A DNA stretch of 38,083 bases from Nitrospiraceae bacterium (lineage in GTDB: Bacteria > Nitrospirota > Nitrospiria > Nitrospirales > Nitrospiraceae). A program made the position numbers and the translations under genes. The notes beneath the pieces are model-generated. The model saw only the letters and a list, made by a program, of their open reading frames with translations, had not been told where the DNA came from and did not search any database. This document shows positions 16,261 to 26,254 of this stretch, one piece after another (within the stretch, counting starts at the first letter, position 1; each line of letters begins with the position of its first letter). Location of the stretch: positions 1 to 38,083 of the forward strand of contig DATEPO010000278.1 in NCBI GenBank assembly GCA_035273145.1, given 5' to 3'.

Positions 16261-17493
16261 TTAAGGAGCGAATGACGGGATATCGTCCAGCCCAAAAGCC
16301 GCATGCAGCGATCGGATTGCTAACTCCACATACTTCTCGTCGATGACGCAAGAGATTTTAATTTCCGACGTGCTGATCATTTGAATATTAACGCCTTCCC
16401 GAGACAGCACTTCGAACATTTTGGCGGCTACTCCGGAATGGGTCCGCATGCCGACCCCGACAAGGGACACTTTCGCAATGGATTCGGTCACGGTCATTGA
16501 TTTCGCCTCGATCTCTTTGACCACGCGCTGAACCAGATCGACCGCCTTGCGCAGATCTGCCCGTGGGATCGTAAACGAAATATCCGTGAGCGAGCCTTGT
16601 CCGACATTTTGAATAATCATGTCGACGAGGATGTTCGCGTCGGCCACAGGCCCGAACACCCGCGCTGCAATACCCGGCCGATCCGGGACGCCGACGATGG
16701 TAATTTTGGCTTGATTGCGGTCACCGGTTACACCGGAGACCATGACTCGTTCCATGTCTGCGTCTTCTTTAGCCACGAGCGTTCCCTGCCCTTCTTTAAA
16801 ACTGGACTGCACCTCGACCGACACACCATACCGCGCCGCGAATTCGACCGATCGGCTCTGCAACACTTTGGCTCCTAAGCTGGCGAGTTCGAGCATTTCT
16901 TCATACGCAATCTTCTTCAAACGTCGGGCGGTCGGCACAATGTTCGGATCGGCGGTGTAGACACCATCGACATCCGTGTAGATGATACAGCGATCCGCTT
17001 TCAGGGCCGCAGCCAGCGCGACCGCGGTCAGATCCGACCCCCCTCGTCCCAGCGTCGTGACATCCGACTGTTCATTGATGCCTTGAAACCCCGCGACAAT
17101 GGGTATGATTCCTTCTTCCAGCGCATCGTTGATTCGATCCGCGGTGATCCGGGCAATCCGCGCCTTGGTATGCGAGCTATCCGTAATGATGCCGACTTGG
17201 CGGCCGGTAAATGAACGAGCATTCACCCCTCGCGCGCGCAGCTCCATCGCGAGCAGCGCGATGGTGACTCGTTCGCCAGTCGACAACAGCATATCCATTT
17301 CCCGATCGTCGGGGCAAGCCGTCACTTCATGCGCTAGCTTCATCAATCGATCGGTTTCACCGCTCATAGCCGAGAGCACGACGACCAGCGAATGCCCTGC
17401 TTGCTGGAAGGACACTACGCGTTCTGCTACACGGCGAATGCGTTCAATGCTGCCGACCGAAGTCCCGCCGAATTTCTGAACGATCAGGGCCAT
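16261..17493 (-). CDS. lysC: Aspartate kinase (with C-terminal ACT domains)
   Basis: The sequence shows [26 protein letters not shown]...[18 protein letters not shown] and tandem ACT domains at the C-terminus. Confidence 0.95.
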   Translation of the reverse strand: MALIVQKFGGTSVGSIERIRRVAERVVSFQQAGHSLVVVLSAMSGETDRLMKLAHEVTACPDDREMDMLLSTGERVTIALLAMELRARGVNARSFTGRQVGIITDSSHTKARIARITADRINDALEEGIIPIVAGFQGINEQSDVTTLGRGGSDLTAVALAAALKADRCIIYTDVDGVYTADPNIVPTARRLKKIAYEEMLELASLGAKVLQSRSVEFAARYGVSVEVQSSFKEGQGTLVAKEDADMERVMVSGVTGDRNQAKITIVGVPDRPGIAARVFGPVADANILVDMIIQNVGQGSLTDISFTIPRADLRKAVDLVQRVVKEIEAKSMTVTESIAKVSLVGVGMRTHSGVAAKMFEVLSREGVNIQMISTSEIKISCVIDEKYVELAIRSLHAAFGLDDIPSFAP

Positions 17494-17495
17494 GC

Positions 17496-18740
17496 TTACA
17501 CCCTGGGAACCAATCGGGCCATAAACTTGGAGGCATCGCGAGCACCTGCCTTTTCTGCTTCTATTTCAGCTTCAGGCTCATTGAACCCGCGTGTTTGTTT
17601 GGTTGGTGCGGGGCCCTCATAAAACACATAAGGCGAGAGGCCATACGTAACCATCCGGCTTCCCGGAGGCCGCCATGTTTCGCACAGCAGGACCACGCGA
17701 TGGGGTCCAAGCTTATCGAGCTGCTGATGCATCGGTCCGATAATTTTTTCGTCACATGCTTCGATAAGGTTAACCTTCTCCTTGGGACCTATTTCGGTTC
17801 CCATCTCGGAGAGTATCGGCACATGAACGTAGACCAAATCTTTCTTGCTCAGCTCACGTAACGCGGCCTCACCTCGGCTCTGAAAATCCGTGCCTCCCGA
17901 TTCGGCCAAGAGGTCGGGATCGATCGCCTCCAGACCTGCGCAGAGGCCGATGCCCCGATGAACATCGCTCGTGGAAATCATCGTACCCGACACCTGACGC
18001 TCTTCGAGGAGCGTGACCAGTTGAGGCCTACGGCCCTGCCCCGACAACCAGAGACAGTTAATCGGCTTAAGACCGGCCTCACTACGGGCATCATTCACCG
18101 GATGGGTGCTCAAAATGTTGAGGGACGCCTCCATCAGTTTACGCAAAATGTCCGAGCCATCCCCGGTCGGCAGATATTCACCGATAGGCTTCCCGATCAC
18201 CTCGTGCGGGTCGATACAGATGGCGCGTGATTTTCCTCCTACCCAGACCATCAGATGTCGGTGCCCTGCCCCGGGATAGAACTGAACCGATTCAGACCCA
18301 AGCTGTTCGTTGATCGCTTCGATGAGTTCACGGGCGTCGTCATCTTCGAGGCCGGTCGCGCCGTCATCGTCCAAGACGACCGAGGGGCCGAGTTTTTTGA
18401 CGTCCAGGTTCGTCCCGGTGCCGGGCGTCCCGGCACGAAGCGTGACCATGCTGCACCGAAATACGACATCCTGCTCATCCACGGCAATGCCTTGGCCGAC
18501 CGCTTCAAACGGCGCGGGACCTGAATGGACTTTACGAGGGTCATAGCCCAGCAGTGCCAAGGCCATCACATCGCTCCCGCCAACGGGCACATCGACGGGA
18601 AGCGCGGCCAAGCCGAGTTCTCCGCTGCTCGCCAAACGATCCATATGAGGGGTCGCGGCCGCTTGTAGTGGCGTACGACCGTCTAACTCTTCGGATGGAG
18701 CATCGGCGAATCCTTCACCGTGAATTATGATGTACTTCAT
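17496..18740 (-). CDS. Cofactor-independent phosphoglycerate mutase homologue (ApgM-like; subfamily proposed to act as homoserine kinase)
   Basis: The sequence shows [43 protein letters not shown]...HVPILSEMG, a metalloenzyme/alkaline-phosphatase-superfamily ApgM pattern. The gene sits between thrC and lysC. Confidence 0.75.
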   Translation of the reverse strand: MKYIIIHGEGFADAPSEELDGRTPLQAAATPHMDRLASSGELGLAALPVDVPVGGSDVMALALLGYDPRKVHSGPAPFEAVGQGIAVDEQDVVFRCSMVTLRAGTPGTGTNLDVKKLGPSVVLDDDGATGLEDDDARELIEAINEQLGSESVQFYPGAGHRHLMVWVGGKSRAICIDPHEVIGKPIGEYLPTGDGSDILRKLMEASLNILSTHPVNDARSEAGLKPINCLWLSGQGRRPQLVTLLEERQVSGTMISTSDVHRGIGLCAGLEAIDPDLLAESGGTDFQSRGEAALRELSKKDLVYVHVPILSEMGTEIGPKEKVNLIEACDEKIIGPMHQQLDKLGPHRVVLLCETWRPPGSRMVTYGLSPYVFYEGPAPTKQTRGFNEPEAEIEAEKAGARDASKFMARLVPRV

Positions 18741-18750
18741 AACCTCCTAC

Positions 18751-19809
18751 TCACATACTCAACACGCGGATGACATCCTCACGAGTCGCTCGGACCGTCT
18801 GTGGCTGATGTGAGACTGAGATCGCCGTATCCGGATCTTTCAAACCGTGTCCGGTCAAGGTACACACGACCGTCTCGCCATCACGTAGGGCGCCGGCTCG
18901 TTGCAACTTCATGATGCCCGCCACGGAGGCGGCTGAAGCCGGTTCGCAGAAGACCCCCTCCACCGCAGCCACAAGACGATACGCGTCCAGGATTTCTTCG
19001 TCCGTCACTAGATCGATGCCGCCGGACGACTCGTCGATCGCTTGCAGCGATCCTTTCCAACTGGCTGGATTCCCGATTCTGATGGCCGTCGCGACCGTTT
19101 GCGGATCGTCTATAATCCGGCCGTGGACGATGGGAGCTGCTCCTGCCGCTTGAAACCCCATCATGCGCGGCAACCGGTCGATTTGACCGGCCGTGCGGTA
19201 TTCCGTATAGCCTTTCCAGTACGCCGTGATGTTGCCGGCATTGCCGACCGGCAACACGTGCAACATCGGAGGGTGGCCAAGTTGATCGCAGATCTCCATC
19301 GCGGCGGTCTTTTGCCCTTCGATCCGATAGGGATTGATGGAGTTCACCAGTTCGATCTTGTGAGTCTCCGCGATATCTTTTACGATTCTCAGGGCCTGAT
19401 CGAAGTTGCCTTCGATTTGGATAACGGTGGCCTGATGCATCATGGCCTGAGAGAGCTTTCCCAGCGCAATCTTTCCGGCTGGAATCAGCACATACACGTC
19501 CAAGCCGGCCCGCGTGCCATAGGCGGCGGCCGATGCCGAGGTATTGCCGGTCGAGGCACAGATGACCGCCCGAGCTCCGGCTTCGACGGCCTTGGAGATC
19601 GCCATCGTCATCCCGCGATCTTTAAACGATCCGGTGGGATTGGCCCCCTCGAACTTCAGATATAGTTCAATGCCGGGCGCAATCCGTTTAGCAAGCCGTA
19701 TGGCATGAATGAGCGGTGTATTGCCTTCACCCAATGTAATAATTGGAGTCTTCTCCGTGACCGGGAGAAATTTACGATACTCCTCGATGACCCCGCGCCA
19801 GCGGATCAT
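18751..19809 (-). CDS. thrC: Threonine synthase
   Basis: The sequence shows LYLKFEGANPTGSFKDRGMTMAISKAVEAG (PLP-lysine motif) and ASTGNTSASAAAY. Confidence 0.95.
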   Translation of the reverse strand: MIRWRGVIEEYRKFLPVTEKTPIITLGEGNTPLIHAIRLAKRIAPGIELYLKFEGANPTGSFKDRGMTMAISKAVEAGARAVICASTGNTSASAAAYGTRAGLDVYVLIPAGKIALGKLSQAMMHQATVIQIEGNFDQALRIVKDIAETHKIELVNSINPYRIEGQKTAAMEICDQLGHPPMLHVLPVGNAGNITAYWKGYTEYRTAGQIDRLPRMMGFQAAGAAPIVHGRIIDDPQTVATAIRIGNPASWKGSLQAIDESSGGIDLVTDEEILDAYRLVAAVEGVFCEPASAASVAGIMKLQRAGALRDGETVVCTLTGHGLKDPDTAISVSHQPQTVRATREDVIRVLSM

Positions 19810-19872
19810 GGGTGCAGTACCACCGTAACATCAAGAGCGTGAAGGCAAGCCAACATGAAGGGGCGCATGGGA

Positions 19873-21189
19873 TTATTCGTCGTGCCCCTCGACGCGAATT
19901 AACGTGGTAGGCTCGGAGATAAACGGCATGCGATTGATCTCGTATAAAGCCGATTGTACCTCGCGCTCTCGCGCCGTGTGCGTCATGATGACGACGGGCA
20001 CGGTTTGACCTTCCTTGCGTCCTTTTTGAATGACGGAAGAAATGCTGATACCGTGTTGTCCTAACACGCCGGCGATCTGCGATAGCACGCCCGGACGGTC
20101 CACGACCATGAAGCGAAGATAGTACAAGGAACTGATTTCTTCCATGGGCCGGATTCGCAGTGGTCGCCGCTGATCCTGTTGGAACGAGGCCGCCGGCACG
20201 CGCCCCGACGCACCGGCTAGGACATTACGCGCGAGATCAATGATATCACTCACGACGGCGCTTCCCGTCGGGAGTGATCCTGCGCCTTGTCCAAACAGAA
20301 CAATGTCTCCCACTGCGTCACCCACCAATTGAATGGCATTATATACGCCGTCGACCTGCGCGACCGGCGAACCCGAAGGAATCATGGTCGGATGGACCCT
20401 CGCTTCAATGTCATTTTCTTGCCATTTTGCAATGCCGAGCAGCTTAATCGTATATCCAAATTCACGGGCATAGGCGATGTCGAGCGGTGTCAGATGCGTA
20501 ATGCCTTCCGTGTAGATTTCTTTAAAATTAACCGGCGCGCCATACGCCAAGGTCACCATAATCGTTAATTTATGTGCGGAATCGATGCCGGCCACATCGA
20601 ACGTCGGATCCGCTTCGGCATAGCCCGCCCGTTGCGCGTCAGCCAGCACGGCCCGAAAGTCCTGACCCTCGCGTGTCATGCGGCTCAAAATATAGTTCGA
20701 AGTGCCGTTGATGATCCCGTACATTGATAGGAGGGCATTGCCTGCCAACCCCTGCGCCAATGCGCGGATCACCGGGATACCGCCGCCGACACTCGCCTCG
20801 AATCCGAGATCCACCCGATGGCGAGCCGCCATGTCAAACATCTCTTCGCCATGAACAGCCAACAAGGCTTTATTGGCCGTCACCACCTGTTTGCCCTTCG
20901 CCATTGCTTCTACGATGAGGCGCTTCGCGGCATCATACCCACCGATCAATTCCAACACGATATCGATGGAGGGATCATCCACGATCTGCCGGAGATCCGT
21001 GGTCAGCACGCCCGACGGTAATCGGACCCCGCGATCGCGCGTCGTATCCAAATCCGCGATCCGAACCAGCTCAATTGGAACACCGACTCGACGGCGGATA
21101 AGTTGAGCGTTATTCAATAGAATCTTGGCCACGCCGGCGCCGACCGTCCCGAAGCCAACCATGCCGACAGAAATTGAGGTCTTCCTCAT
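19873..21189 (-). CDS. hom: Homoserine dehydrogenase (with C-terminal ACT domain)
   Basis: The sequence shows [17 protein letters not shown] (NAD-binding fold), [14 protein letters not shown], and a C-terminal ACT domain ([22 protein letters not shown]). Confidence 0.95.
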   Translation of the reverse strand: MRKTSISVGMVGFGTVGAGVAKILLNNAQLIRRRVGVPIELVRIADLDTTRDRGVRLPSGVLTTDLRQIVDDPSIDIVLELIGGYDAAKRLIVEAMAKGKQVVTANKALLAVHGEEMFDMAARHRVDLGFEASVGGGIPVIRALAQGLAGNALLSMYGIINGTSNYILSRMTREGQDFRAVLADAQRAGYAEADPTFDVAGIDSAHKLTIMVTLAYGAPVNFKEIYTEGITHLTPLDIAYAREFGYTIKLLGIAKWQENDIEARVHPTMIPSGSPVAQVDGVYNAIQLVGDAVGDIVLFGQGAGSLPTGSAVVSDIIDLARNVLAGASGRVPAASFQQDQRRPLRIRPMEEISSLYYLRFMVVDRPGVLSQIAGVLGQHGISISSVIQKGRKEGQTVPVVIMTHTAREREVQSALYEINRMPFISEPTTLIRVEGHDE

Positions 21190-22373
21190 GATTCAGGTCC
21201 ATCCAGCTTGAGTGCTTTTTTGATCCCGCGCACCGCTTGCCTGGTCCGATGTTCATTCTCCACCAGGCCAAAGCGAACATATTCATCTCCGCCTTCACCA
21301 AACCCAATCCCCGGGGACACGGCCACCTTCGCATCACGCAGCAAGAGTTTTGAGAATTCAAGCGATCCCATGCCCCGATAGGGAATAGGAATTCTTGCCC
21401 AGACAAACATGGTCGCGCGGGGCTTCTGCACCGACCATCCAATGCGATTCAGTCCACCGACCAATACATCGCGCCGGCGCTGATAGCGCGTCACCGTGTC
21501 CTTGACGCAATCTTGCGGCCCATTGAGCGCAATGATGCTGGCAATCTGGACCGGCTGAAAGATTCCGTAATCGAGATAGCTCTTGATCTTTGCGAGGGCA
21601 CCGATTACTTCACGATTTCCAACGCAGAAGCCGACACGCCATCCCGGCATGTTATAGCTTTTGGAGAGAGTGTAAAACTCCACGCCGATGTCTTTGGCCT
21701 CGGGGACTTGCAGCAAGCTGGGCGCACGATAGCCGTCAAACACGATATCGGCATAGGCCAAATCATGCACGACGATGACATGGTGCTCTTTCGCAAACGC
21801 CACGATCTTTTTAAAAAACTCCAAGTCGACGACAGCAGTGGTGGGATTATGAGGGAAGTTCAGAATCAAGATGCGAGGCCGAGGTTGCGTTTGCCGATAG
21901 ACTCGCATGAGATCATCGAAAAAATCGCTATCCTGCCGCAGTTCAATCCCACGCACTTCACCTCCGGCAATGATCACACTGTACATGTGAATCGGATACG
22001 TCGGTGTGGGCGTTAAGACGACATCGCCGGGGCCGACCATCGCCAAGGCCAAATGGGCGATCCCTTCCTTGGAGCCGATCGTCACGATGGCTTCTGTCTC
22101 CGGATCGAGGTCGACATCATAGTTTCGCTTGTACCAGGCCGTAATGGCATGGCGAAGGCGCGTGATCCCTCGGGAGGCGGAATAACGGTGATTTTTGCTG
22201 TTCCGAGCGACTTCGATCAATTTATCGACAATGTGGGGTGGCGTCGGCTGATCGGGATTCCCCATTCCAAAATCGATGATGTCCTCGCCACGATGCCGAG
22301 CCTCAAGTTTGAGGGCCTGAACCTGCGCAAACACATACGGTGGAAGCCGTTTAAGACGATAAAATTCGTGCAC
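21186..22373 (-). CDS. Class I/II PLP-dependent aminotransferase (aspartate/alanine aminotransferase family)
   Basis: The start is a GTG at 22373 with GAGGA upstream. The sequence shows [36 protein letters not shown]...[16 protein letters not shown] (PLP-Lys motif). Its stop overlaps the hom start in an ATGA. Confidence 0.88.
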   Translation of the reverse strand: MHEFYRLKRLPPYVFAQVQALKLEARHRGEDIIDFGMGNPDQPTPPHIVDKLIEVARNSKNHRYSASRGITRLRHAITAWYKRNYDVDLDPETEAIVTIGSKEGIAHLALAMVGPGDVVLTPTPTYPIHMYSVIIAGGEVRGIELRQDSDFFDDLMRVYRQTQPRPRILILNFPHNPTTAVVDLEFFKKIVAFAKEHHVIVVHDLAYADIVFDGYRAPSLLQVPEAKDIGVEFYTLSKSYNMPGWRVGFCVGNREVIGALAKIKSYLDYGIFQPVQIASIIALNGPQDCVKDTVTRYQRRRDVLVGGLNRIGWSVQKPRATMFVWARIPIPYRGMGSLEFSKLLLRDAKVAVSPGIGFGEGGDEYVRFGLVENEHRTRQAVRGIKKALKLDGPES

Positions 22374-22427
22374 GATTCCTCAATAGTCGAGCAACTCTAA
22401 ACAAGGTCGCATGGGGAAGCGGTCACA

Positions 22428-22457
22428 ATTGTAATGCAGCGTGGTAAATTCAGTCAA
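22428..22457 (-). promoter_or_regulatory. Sigma70-type promoter candidate for the aminotransferase-hom-thrC-lysC-cimA gene string
   Basis: On the minus strand: TTGACT (22457-22452), an 18-nt spacer, then TACAAT (22433-22428), about 50 nt upstream of the GTG start. Confidence 0.4.
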
Positions 22458-22554
22458 TTTATTCTACTGCTTGAAGAATCTGCTTCTGTCGAAGCTATCT
22501 CGAGCAAATTTGCAACCATTAATCCATCGACGCTGTCCACGATTGTGTTCGTGC

Positions 22555-22583
22555 TTGTTCCCCCTCTCCTTTTTTGCCATAAT
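22555..22583 (+). promoter_or_regulatory. Sigma70-type promoter candidate for pdxJ-acpS-nnr-tsaE-lapA-like-mutS
   Basis: TTGTTC (22555-22560), a 17-nt spacer, then CATAAT (22578-22583). AGGAGG lies upstream of the pdxJ ATG. Confidence 0.35.
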
Positions 22584-22624
22584 GACGCCTAAGTTTTTGC
22601 AAACATAGGAGGAATCATAACAGG

Positions 22625-23338
22625 ATGCCGAGGCTAGGAGTCAATATCGATCATGTAGCGACTCTCCGTCAGGCTCGCGGAAGGAACGAACCGGACCCTG
22701 TCGCAGCCGCAGTCCTCGTCGAACTGGCGGGGGCAGATGGGTTGGTCATGCATCTTCGGGAGGACCGGCGGCATGTTCAAGATCGGGATCTGACGATCCT
22801 CAGGCAAATCCTTCAAACCAAACTCGATCTGGAAATTGCGGCCGATGAAGCGATGGTCAAAATTGCCCTCAGTGTTAAACCACATCTGGTGACTTTAGTA
22901 CCGGAACGGCGACAGGAATTGACAACAGAAGGCGGGCTCGAAGTAGCCGGGCAGCGAGAGCGGATCAAAACGTTGGTCGACCTCCTCCATGACAGTGGAA
23001 TCCCGGTCAGTCTCTTCATTGAACCGGACCTCGATCAAATCAAAGCCGCGCATAAGATTGCCGCTGATTATGTCGAGCTCCATACCGGCCGCTACGCGAA
23101 TGCGCGTCTCTTGAAAGAAGAACAGGCCGCGTTGGAATCGGTGGCCCAAGCCGCCAAGCTGGCCTACAAACTTGGCATGGGGGTCAGTGCGGGCCATGGG
23201 CTCACCTACCGCAACGTGAAACGGCTGACTCAGATTGCAGAAATCGTCGAATACAATATCGGCCATAGTATTATTTCCCGCGCCGTCTTTGTCGGTTTGG
23301 ATCAGGCCGTGCGAGAAATGAAGCACCTCTTGAACTGA
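22625..23338 (+). CDS. pdxJ: Pyridoxine 5'-phosphate synthase
   Basis: The sequence shows [19 protein letters not shown]...[13 protein letters not shown]...VELHTGRYA...SAGHGL. Confidence 0.95.
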   Translation: MPRLGVNIDHVATLRQARGRNEPDPVAAAVLVELAGADGLVMHLREDRRHVQDRDLTILRQILQTKLDLEIAADEAMVKIALSVKPHLVTLVPERRQELTTEGGLEVAGQRERIKTLVDLLHDSGIPVSLFIEPDLDQIKAAHKIAADYVELHTGRYANARLLKEEQAALESVAQAAKLAYKLGMGVSAGHGLTYRNVKRLTQIAEIVEYNIGHSIISRAVFVGLDQAVREMKHLLN

Positions 23339-23351
23339 GCCCTCGTCTCCT

Positions 23352-23765
23352 ATGCCAATCGTCGGAATTGGTCTCGACCTCGTCAAAATCGCCCGCGTGG
23401 AAGCCATTGCGCAACGATGGCAAGGCCGATTTCTCCAGCGCATCTATACGGAAGACGAACGCCGAGCGAGCTTTGGTCGAGCGTGGCCTTACGCCTCGCT
23501 CGCCGGACGATTTGCGGCCAAGGAAGCAATGCTCAAAGCCTTAGGCACCGGATGGACCGCCGGAGTAAGCTGGCAGGACATTCAGGTGCTGAATGATGTC
23601 CGCGGAAAGCCAATAGCTACGGTCCAAGGCCGCACAGCCACGTTGGCACAACGAGCTGGAGTCACTTGTATTCACGTGAGCCTGTCACATGACGGGGACT
23701 ATGCCATTGCCGAAGTGATCCTCACAAACGACACGCGTAGCATCGAGACCGACTACCACCGTTGA
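23352..23765 (+). CDS. acpS: Holo-[acyl-carrier-protein] synthase
   Basis: The sequence shows MPIVGIGLDLVKIARVE...FAAKEAMLKALGTG...SLSHDGDYAIAEVIL. Confidence 0.92.
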   Translation: MPIVGIGLDLVKIARVEAIAQRWQGRFLQRIYTEDERRASFGRAWPYASLAGRFAAKEAMLKALGTGWTAGVSWQDIQVLNDVRGKPIATVQGRTATLAQRAGVTCIHVSLSHDGDYAIAEVILTNDTRSIETDYHR

Positions 23766-23779
23766 TTTGATCCGGCCTC

Positions 23780-25342
23780 ATGAAGATCGTGACTGCTGCA
23801 CAAATGCAGGCTCTGGACCGCCGTACCATCGCGGAAGGCCATATCCCCGGCCTGACATTAATGGAACAGGCGGGCACGGGGGTCGTCACGGTCATGGAGC
23901 GTGCCTATGGTCCTCTTGCTAATAAGCGTGTGACGATCCTATGCGGCAAAGGGAACAATGGCGGGGATGGGTTCGTCGTGGCCCGCCTACTTCGGCGGAA
24001 GCGCGCCCGCCCATCCGTTCTCCTCCTGGCACATACGAAAATCTTACAAGGAGATGCAGGTCGGATGTATCGGCGCTTTGTCGCGGCGGCCGGCTCTGCC
24101 TGCGTCCATGTGAATCCGAATACTGATCGCCTTCGATCCGAGCTTCAATCCGCCGATCTTGCTGTTGATGCTCTGTTGGGAACGGGTCTTTCTTCGCCCG
24201 TTTCCGGTATGTATAAGGTCGCCATCGACCTTCTGAATGAAATCGGTGCCGAGAAGGAATGCCCAATCATTGCAGTTGATCTCCCTTCTGGAATTCATGC
24301 CGATACGGGCGTTGTTTTAGGATCGGCGGTGCGCGCTTCGCTCACGGTCACGTTTGGGTTGCCGAAGAGAGGGTTATATCTTGGCCCCGGAATCGATCAT
24401 GCCGGTCAGGTTACTATCTGGGATATTGGCATTCCACGCGCCTACACCGACTCCATCGAGAGCCACATCTCACTGATGGCACCGGAAGATCTACGCCGGC
24501 TCATTCCCAGGCGACTTCCCTCCGCTCATAAAGGAACATACGGACATGCCGGCATTATTGCCGGCTCAATCGGAAAAAGCGGCGCAGCCGTTATGGCTGC
24601 CACCGCAGCACTCCGAGTCGGGACGGGACTCGTCACGGTCGCCACTCCTGCCAGCGTGAATCCTATTCTCGAAGCGAAACTACTTGAAGCCATGACAGTG
24701 CCCATGCCTGAGACGAAGGCAAAGACTTTGGCGTCTTCGGGCCTAGAACAGCTCGTCTCTTTCGCGAATGCGCGAAGCGCCTCAGCGATCGGCCCCGGCC
24801 TCACGACGCACGCGGACACCTCGATGCTCGTGCACGCCTTGCTGAGGCGGATGGAAAAGCCGTTTGTTCTGGACGCAGACGGCTTAAATGCGCTCAGTGA
24901 AAAACCTGCACTCCTCGATACGTGCAAGTCCTGTCCGATTTTGACTCCTCATCCCGGAGAAATGGCGCGCCTCGACAAAACCAGTGCGCAATCTGTCAAT
25001 GGAGATCGAATCGGAACAGCCACACGTTTTGCCGAAAAACATGGCGTCATTCTGGTCTTAAAGGGAGCTCGCACCATTGTGGCAAAACCGGATGGGCATG
25101 TGGCTGTCTGTCCGACCGGAAATTCCGGCATGGCGACCGCCGGGACGGGTGACGCGTTGACCGGCATCATCGTCGGTTTGTTAGCGCAGCAGTTGAATCC
25201 GTGGGATGCGGCATGCGTCGGCACCTACCTGCACGGATTGGCCGGCGACCTGGCCGCTGCCGAGTTCGGCCAAGCCGGGATGCTTGCCGGTGATTTGATT
25301 GCCCGAATTCCCTTTGCGTTGAAACAGACGGTCCATGCGTAA
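23780..25342 (+). CDS. nnr: Bifunctional NAD(P)H-hydrate repair enzyme (epimerase + ADP-dependent dehydratase; YjeF family)
   Basis: 520 aa. The N-terminal YjeF_N domain shows ILCGKGNNGGDGFVVARLL. The C-terminal carbohydrate-kinase-like domain shows HKGTYGHAGIIAGS...GNSGMATAGTGDALTGII. Confidence 0.92.
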   Translation: MKIVTAAQMQALDRRTIAEGHIPGLTLMEQAGTGVVTVMERAYGPLANKRVTILCGKGNNGGDGFVVARLLRRKRARPSVLLLAHTKILQGDAGRMYRRFVAAAGSACVHVNPNTDRLRSELQSADLAVDALLGTGLSSPVSGMYKVAIDLLNEIGAEKECPIIAVDLPSGIHADTGVVLGSAVRASLTVTFGLPKRGLYLGPGIDHAGQVTIWDIGIPRAYTDSIESHISLMAPEDLRRLIPRRLPSAHKGTYGHAGIIAGSIGKSGAAVMAATAALRVGTGLVTVATPASVNPILEAKLLEAMTVPMPETKAKTLASSGLEQLVSFANARSASAIGPGLTTHADTSMLVHALLRRMEKPFVLDADGLNALSEKPALLDTCKSCPILTPHPGEMARLDKTSAQSVNGDRIGTATRFAEKHGVILVLKGARTIVAKPDGHVAVCPTGNSGMATAGTGDALTGIIVGLLAQQLNPWDAACVGTYLHGLAGDLAAAEFGQAGMLAGDLIARIPFALKQTVHA

Positions 25343-25925
25343 GCATCGCCAGGCGCCATCATCGAAGCCCTCGGTGAAATTGACATCTGCCTCCAACTCC
25401 GCGTTCCCACCTTCATGGTCGCTGGCATCCTGCTCTGTCGCAGATACGGAATGTCTCGGTGCCATGATTGGAAACGGCGTGCAAGGGGGCGAGGTGTTTG
25501 CTCTGTATGGCGAAGTAGGAACAGGGAAAACAGCGTTGGTCCGAGGAATTGCCGCAGGATTAGGCGCCGCGCCGCGTAGCGTCAGTAGCCCCACGTTTGT
25601 CTTGATCCATGAATATCGTGGCCGACTTCTTCTGGCGCATGCCGATCTGTACCGGCTTGAATCTCCCCAGACCATGCCACATCTCGGCTTGGAGGAGTAT
25701 TTCGATGGACGAACCATCGTCGCCGTCGAATGGGCTGAACGAGCGATGAACGAACTGCCGCTCGATCGGGTTGACATACGGTTCGCGCATCAGAGCGAGA
25801 CTGAACGAACCATCATCATCGCCGCGACAGGACCATACTCACGTCAGGTCTTGACGAGTATATTCGACCAGACTAGTCGATTGCCATCGACGGGCGGTCA
25901 AATGCGCCTCCCTAAACAACCATGA
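25335..25925 (+). CDS. tsaE: tRNA t6A37 biosynthesis ATPase TsaE (YjeE)
   Basis: The sequence shows GGEVFALYGEVGTGKTALVRGIAAGLG (P-loop), SPTFVLIHEY and HADLYRL. The gene overlaps the nnr stop by 8 nt. At 196 aa it is somewhat longer than typical for the family. Confidence 0.85.
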   Translation: MRKHRQAPSSKPSVKLTSASNSAFPPSWSLASCSVADTECLGAMIGNGVQGGEVFALYGEVGTGKTALVRGIAAGLGAAPRSVSSPTFVLIHEYRGRLLLAHADLYRLESPQTMPHLGLEEYFDGRTIVAVEWAERAMNELPLDRVDIRFAHQSETERTIIIAATGPYSRQVLTSIFDQTSRLPSTGGQMRLPKQP

Positions 25926-26254
25926 TTCGACTCGTCTTGGTGGGAATATTGCTGTTGCTGTCGCTCTCCTTTTTCCTGCACAACCAGGAACAGGAAGTGA
26001 CACTCCGCTATTTTTTTGGTCAACTATCGGCCTCAACACCAATTTACAAGCCCATCTTGAGTGCGTTCGCCATTGGACTGCTGGTCGCGTCAATTCTCCT
26101 GTTCCCGGCATGGGTACGAGGACGAATTGAGTTGAGACGGAAGACGAAGGCGTTGCAAGAAGCGGAAGCCGACCTGGAAGAACTGCGCCACTCCCTCGGT
26201 AAACTCTCCCCTCCATCCGAAAATCCCTCTGTAGAGGAACTGGGCAATGACTGA
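25922..26254 (+). CDS. LapA-domain (DUF1049-like) small inner-membrane protein
   Basis: 110 aa. It has two hydrophobic helices (MIRLVLVGILLLLSLSFFL and ILSAFAIGLLVASILLF) followed by a charged coiled tail (RRKTKALQEAEADLEELR). It overlaps tsaE in an ATGA and overlaps mutS by 8 nt. Confidence 0.6.
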   Translation: MIRLVLVGILLLLSLSFFLHNQEQEVTLRYFFGQLSASTPIYKPILSAFAIGLLVASILLFPAWVRGRIELRRKTKALQEAEADLEELRHSLGKLSPPSENPSVEELGND

